Positions 60,103 to 64,000 of a stretch of 64,000 nt of DNA are shown in pieces; within the stretch, counting starts at the first letter, position 1; every line of letters begins with the position of its first letter. The stretch is from the IMG/VR virus record IMGVR_UViG_3300032292_000722, positions 3,043 to 67,042 of that record. One strand, written 5' to 3'. This DNA comes from a virus. Its lineage: Duplodnaviria > Caudoviricetes. The notes under the pieces are model-generated. The model worked only from the letters and a program-made list of their open reading frames with translations, was not told the origin of the DNA and searched no databases. The translations under genes and the position numbers were made by a program.

Positions 60103-60465
60103 ATGCATATACAAACGATTAACTACACTAGAACATTTAATTTAGGAAACTATTCTTCTGAAAAAATTGGCGTTGAATTTGCTCTTAACGAGGGAGAGTC
60201 TGCTACAAAGGCTCTTGACTATGCAAGAGAACTTGTGGAAGAATATCACAAGCAAAATGTAATTAAATTAAAAGATTTAAACGAATTCTACCAAGAAGTT
60301 CCAGATGAAATTATTCCTACCCAATCTAAAAAATCTTTAGCTGAAAAAACAATAGAGTTTATCAATGCCTGCAATACTAAAGAAGAGTTAAGGGCTTGGG
60401 AATTAATGGCTAAAAATAATCCAGAGGTATTGGAAGTATATAACGCAAAACATAAATCTTTATAA
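60103..60465 (+). CDS. Hypothetical recombination-associated protein
   Basis: RTFNLGNYSSEKIG motif; precedes the exonuclease. Confidence 0.7.
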   Translation: MHIQTINYTRTFNLGNYSSEKIGVEFALNEGESATKALDYARELVEEYHKQNVIKLKDLNEFYQEVPDEIIPTQSKKSLAEKTIEFINACNTKEELRAWELMAKNNPEVLEVYNAKHKSL

Positions 60466-60467
60466 CT

Positions 60468-61196
60468 ATGAATTGGAATGAAACACTAATCAGAGCAAGC
60501 TCTGTAGGATATATAATGACCGAACCAGTAACCAAAGCGGACAAAGAAGCTGGGTTACTTTCTAAGACCGCACAAAGACATTTGCTTGATGTTTATATTT
60601 CTAATAAGTATAATAGGAGTAAAGATATTCAAACAAAGCAAATGAAAAAAGGCATTGAAGTAGAGCAAGAATCGATTGATTTATTGTCTATGTTCTTAAA
60701 AAAACCTTTTACCAAAAATACGGAAAGATTTTCAAATAAATACATAACAGGTTTGCCAGATATTATTGATGATGGAATTATTGATATTAAATCTAGTTAT
60801 GACCTATGGACATTCTTAGGAAATATCCCAGACAAGCTTGATAATTTATACTATTGGCAAATGATGTCATATATGTGGCTGACGGGTAAAACTAAAGCTA
60901 CTATTGCTTATTGCCTTGTAAATACACCAGACAATATTATCCAACAAGAGAAGTATTACTTACTCAAAAAGTTAGATGTAATTTCAGAAGAAAGCCCAGA
61001 ATTTGTAAGAGAAGCTATGAAGCTAGAATTAAACATGAAATTTGATGATATAGCTATGGAAGAAAGAATACTAATGTATGACGTTAGTAGAAACGAAGAT
61101 GATATTTTACGCATTGAGCAAAAAGTAGAAAAAGCAAGAGAATTTTTACAAGATATTGAAAACACCCACAAAAACTTTAATAATGGCAAAATCTAA
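60468..61196 (+). CDS. YqaJ/lambda-exonuclease-like nuclease
   Basis: RASS.G, M.KGIE.E, G.PD...DIKSS, YYWQ...YM.L. Confidence 0.85.
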   Translation: MNWNETLIRASSVGYIMTEPVTKADKEAGLLSKTAQRHLLDVYISNKYNRSKDIQTKQMKKGIEVEQESIDLLSMFLKKPFTKNTERFSNKYITGLPDIIDDGIIDIKSSYDLWTFLGNIPDKLDNLYYWQMMSYMWLTGKTKATIAYCLVNTPDNIIQQEKYYLLKKLDVISEESPEFVREAMKLELNMKFDDIAMEERILMYDVSRNEDDILRIEQKVEKAREFLQDIENTHKNFNNGKI

Positions 61197-61461
61197 AAAA
61201 GAAAAACAATTAAACCTCCCGCAAGATGCACAACCACTAGACGGATGTGATTTCTGTATGCAATTTGATTATGACGAACCTCATGTAATTGGCGCAAGCG
61301 AAGATGCTGATGGAGTTTTAGAATTAGTAATCAAAGCTTATTTAGATGCAGGCTTAACTTTTGTATGCCCAACTACACAAAAGAAATTAAGAATATACGC
61401 TAGACCATTATCAGATAAAGGAAAAGAAATTCTAAATCAACAAAAGGAAGTTAAAAATTAA
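61183..61461 (+). CDS. Hypothetical protein
   Basis: Probable start MAKSKK at 61183. Confidence 0.65.
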   Translation: MAKSKKEKQLNLPQDAQPLDGCDFCMQFDYDEPHVIGASEDADGVLELVIKAYLDAGLTFVCPTTQKKLRIYARPLSDKGKEILNQQKEVKN

Positions 61462-61464
61462 CGA

Positions 61465-61842
61465 ATGAAATACTCTTCAAGTTTTAGTCACGATTTAAAC
61501 TTTGGAGAAAAGGCAGAAGATTGGCTTAATAATTTATTTAACAATGGTAAGCTTATCGAAGTAAAAAGCGATAGGCTAATACATAAAACTGGTAATTTAT
61601 ATATTGAATATAAATCTAGAAATAAACCAAGCGGATTGGCTACCACTACGGCTAACTATTGGATATACAGAATGGATGTGCTTGATGCTGCTATTTTATT
61701 ACCAACCGAATCGTTAAAAAAAGTATGTAGAGTATATTATAAAAACAATGAGTTTAAAATGAAAGGAGGGGATAACAATACTTCCGAAGGATTTTTAATA
61801 CCACTAATAAGATTGCTAAATGATTTAGCATTATTAAAATAA
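61465..61842 (+). CDS. PD-(D/E)xK nuclease-like protein
   Basis: DL.FGE.AE...IEVKSD...TGNLYIE...KPSGL.TT.A.YW. Confidence 0.75.
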   Translation: MKYSSSFSHDLNFGEKAEDWLNNLFNNGKLIEVKSDRLIHKTGNLYIEYKSRNKPSGLATTTANYWIYRMDVLDAAILLPTESLKKVCRVYYKNNEFKMKGGDNNTSEGFLIPLIRLLNDLALLK

Positions 61843-61843
61843 A

Positions 61844-62128
61844 CTAAGATTTTTTATGAGCATTGGCAAACTTGCGAGCAGCTTCAACGCTACCGAAACC
61901 CCAAGCTTTTAATGCTAACGCTTTCCTTGTTGGTTCACCATTAGGTTTTTTCATTGCTCCCATCATTCCTGAAAAACGAGCTGCAAAAGAAACTCTGCGA
62001 GGATTAACGCCAGATTTAACCGGAGCTTTTAAATTGCCACCAGTTTCAGAATTATAAGATGCTCTGCCTTTAGCGTTTAATCCGCCTTCAGGATTTTTAC
62101 CTTCTTTACGTTGCCAAGCTCCAGCCAT
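61844..62128 (-). CDS. DUF6321-like basic phage protein
   Basis: AWQRKEGKNP.GGLN.KGR.SY...NLK.PV...RR.SF.AR. Confidence 0.8.
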   Translation of the reverse strand: MAGAWQRKEGKNPEGGLNAKGRASYNSETGGNLKAPVKSGVNPRRVSFAARFSGMMGAMKKPNGEPTRKALALKAWGFGSVEAARKFANAHKKS

Positions 62129-62130
62129 AA

Positions 62131-62286
62131 CTATTTTTTTTCTTCTGATTTAATTTTCTTTTCTTGCTTTAACATTTCTGGAGTTGGTTTTTTACCACTT
62201 CCTTTGTTAGCACGAATATTATCCCATAAACCGCGTGGAGAATACGAGCCATCTGCTCGCTTCATCATTTTTAATTTACTTTTCAT
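62131..62286 (-). CDS. 51-aa basic microprotein
   Basis: MKSKLKMMKRADGSYSPRGLWDNIRANKGSGKKPT... Confidence 0.7.
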   Translation of the reverse strand: MKSKLKMMKRADGSYSPRGLWDNIRANKGSGKKPTPEMLKQEKKIKSEEKK

Positions 62287-62287
62287 A

Positions 62288-62659
62288 TTACTTTAAACTT
62301 AATAAATACAATGTTTCAGCTATTAATGTAGCAATTTCATCTACTTGATTTTGAACCCAAGATTCTTGATAAATTTCTTTTCTTTCTTCTTGAATTGTCT
62401 TGTATAAAGATTTAAAATATTTAACTACTTGTTCTGAGTTTTTATAATCTGCTGGGCTATCAATTTGATAATGCATAGGTCTATCGTAAATACCACTTAC
62501 GCTTTCTACTAATCCATCTGTTAAACCAAGGATACCATCATAAAATTTACCCAAGGCTTTATGAACAGCATATGAATCGGTTTGATGGTGCCAAACAACG
62601 GCTTGTTCAAATGAATCTTTAAGATAAGATACAAAGTATGAGAATTTTTCTTCAGCCAT
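62288..62659 (-). CDS. DUF5856-like ferritin-fold protein
   Basis: HHQT.SYA.HKAL..FYD.I..L.D.LVE...G. Confidence 0.8.
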   Translation of the reverse strand: MAEEKFSYFVSYLKDSFEQAVVWHHQTDSYAVHKALGKFYDGILGLTDGLVESVSGIYDRPMHYQIDSPADYKNSEQVVKYFKSLYKTIQEERKEIYQESWVQNQVDEIATLIAETLYLLSLK

Positions 62660-62686
62660 AATATAAAATTTTAGCTAAGATACGAA

Positions 62687-62962
62687 TTATTTCCAATTCT
62701 CTGACTTCCATATAGCCAAATCTAGACCTTTTAAATTTTCAGGGGGTGCTGGTAAGAAATTAGCTATTTCTTCCAAATTTGGGGCCTCTGTGTGATAAGG
62801 AGGCATATTCTTGAAAGGAGCGCCTCTTTTAACTTGCTTTTCGCCATAATTGTCCATTAAATAATTTAACACAGATTGCGCCGATGTCAAATTCTGCTCT
62901 TTTTGAATCATATCCAACTTATATAAGTCAAATCTAACTCCAATTGGTTTGCTTTTTGCCAT
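62687..62962 (-). CDS. Ribbon-helix-helix DNA-binding protein
   Basis: MAKSKPIGVRFD...L..I.......SAQ.VLN.L strand-helix-helix pattern. Confidence 0.6.
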   Translation of the reverse strand: MAKSKPIGVRFDLYKLDMIQKEQNLTSAQSVLNYLMDNYGEKQVKRGAPFKNMPPYHTEAPNLEEIANFLPAPPENLKGLDLAIWKSENWK

Positions 62963-62972
62963 AAATTTTATT

Positions 62973-63821
62973 TTAAAATGCTTCGCAACTTTCTGCGCAA
63001 CCATCTAGTTTATCAAACATTGTTAATTGTCTTAATTCTGCTTGACTCATTTTTGCCAATTTTCTTATATCAAGAACAGATTTATTTTCTCTATAAAAAT
63101 TAAAAGGAGGTACTCTATCGTTATCTCTTGGATTAAAATCTCCATATTTTTTTTCCATCTCTTCCCACCATTCAAAACTTTTTGGATTTCTTAGCATATT
63201 ACGAGCTAATCTAGGGAAGTCTTTTTTCCAACAATTATCGCAATTACCTTCATCTGGGTGTATATCTAAATCAAACGATTGTTTATCCCACCATTCTTTT
63301 ACCATCTGCTTAGTAATTCTATAATCTACAAATGGATAAATAATTTTATCATTATTTTTATTTACTCTTTTAGGTTCGTCAATCCTAATACCCAATGCTT
63401 TATAATAATCATTCCAACCTATTGACCTTAAATAACTTTCAATTGGCTTAGTTTTCAGTTGATTACTACAAAAAGGAACTCCAGAAGCAGGAACGCCCAA
63501 AACTGAAATCATTTTTTCAAATGGTTCACCTTTTCTACTTGCTGTTTCATATGTAACAATTTTATGAGAAGTTTTATACCCTTTTCTTGATAAAAGCTCA
63601 CCTTCATCAGAAAACCTTTCAGATTCTACCCAAATAATAGGTATATTCCATTCTTGAGAACATTCATCTACAAAAAATAAAGTTTTTTCCGCTTCTTTCC
63701 CAGTGTTTGCAAAAACAACAATTTTTTCCCAATTATTTCTATCGTCCCATTCATTAAATAAATACCACAACATATAACCAGAAGTCCTTCCTCCACTAAA
63801 AGATATTAGCAACTTTTTCAT
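62973..63821 (-). CDS. PAPS reductase (PP-loop) family protein
   Basis: ISFSGGRTS, FANTG.E, CS..LK, GIR.DE..R, GNC..C, C.ESC. Confidence 0.85.
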   Translation of the reverse strand: MKKLLISFSGGRTSGYMLWYLFNEWDDRNNWEKIVVFANTGKEAEKTLFFVDECSQEWNIPIIWVESERFSDEGELLSRKGYKTSHKIVTYETASRKGEPFEKMISVLGVPASGVPFCSNQLKTKPIESYLRSIGWNDYYKALGIRIDEPKRVNKNNDKIIYPFVDYRITKQMVKEWWDKQSFDLDIHPDEGNCDNCWKKDFPRLARNMLRNPKSFEWWEEMEKKYGDFNPRDNDRVPPFNFYRENKSVLDIRKLAKMSQAELRQLTMFDKLDGCAESCEAF

Positions 63822-63831
63822 ATAAAATATT

Positions 63832-63872
63832 TGTAGCTACAAAGATAGGACAAATTTACCAATGTAGCTACA
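63832..63872 (-). promoter_or_regulatory. Promoter TATCTTTG(63847-40) bracketed by two TGTAGCTACA palindromes (63832-41, 63863-72)
   Basis: Read directly from the sequence. Confidence 0.65.
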
Positions 63873-64000
63873 CTATATACACTATTATACCCCCTATAAC
63901 CCTATCCCCCTACCATGCATAACACTAGCAATAGCATGCCCATACCACCACATAAACCATACCACCAAGACCATGTAACCAACCACCTCCATAACCCACC

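Overview
This window is most of the genome of a tailed dsDNA phage with a podovirus-like, crAss-like head and tail module. It probably infects an aquatic Bacteroidota host: many genes have TAnnTTTG -7 promoter boxes and A-rich translation starts without Shine-Dalgarno sequences. From left to right: (1) a + strand array of small early-type genes (1-4200); (2) a - strand block with a metallophosphoesterase and lysis genes (4.2-7.6 kb); (3) an ~8 kb island of glycosyltransferase and methyltransferase genes (7.9-15.8 kb); (4) three tail-fibre genes, an HNH endonuclease, a 2713-aa polyvalent/ejection protein, a muzzle-like gene split around a mucin-like gene, ring proteins, GroES, capsid, scaffold, portal and terminase (16-54 kb); (5) SSB, primase-helicase, replication initiator, Cro-like HTH, NinG and exonuclease (55-62 kb); (6) small conserved genes and a PAPS-reductase-family gene. 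I found no integrase, DNA polymerase, RNA polymerase, tRNA or CRISPR array. The most notable signals are two type I hammerhead ribozymes that overlap the stop codons of early genes and would cleave 19-20 nt before the next start codon, with a related GGTTAAC-led pseudoknot at a third junction; and a candidate phage-encoded protein O-glycosylation system (Aah/TibC-like and HPAT-like transferases) paired with several Thr-rich mucin-like and Gly-Thr-Ser virion proteins. All product calls come from motif recognition by eye, without database searches.
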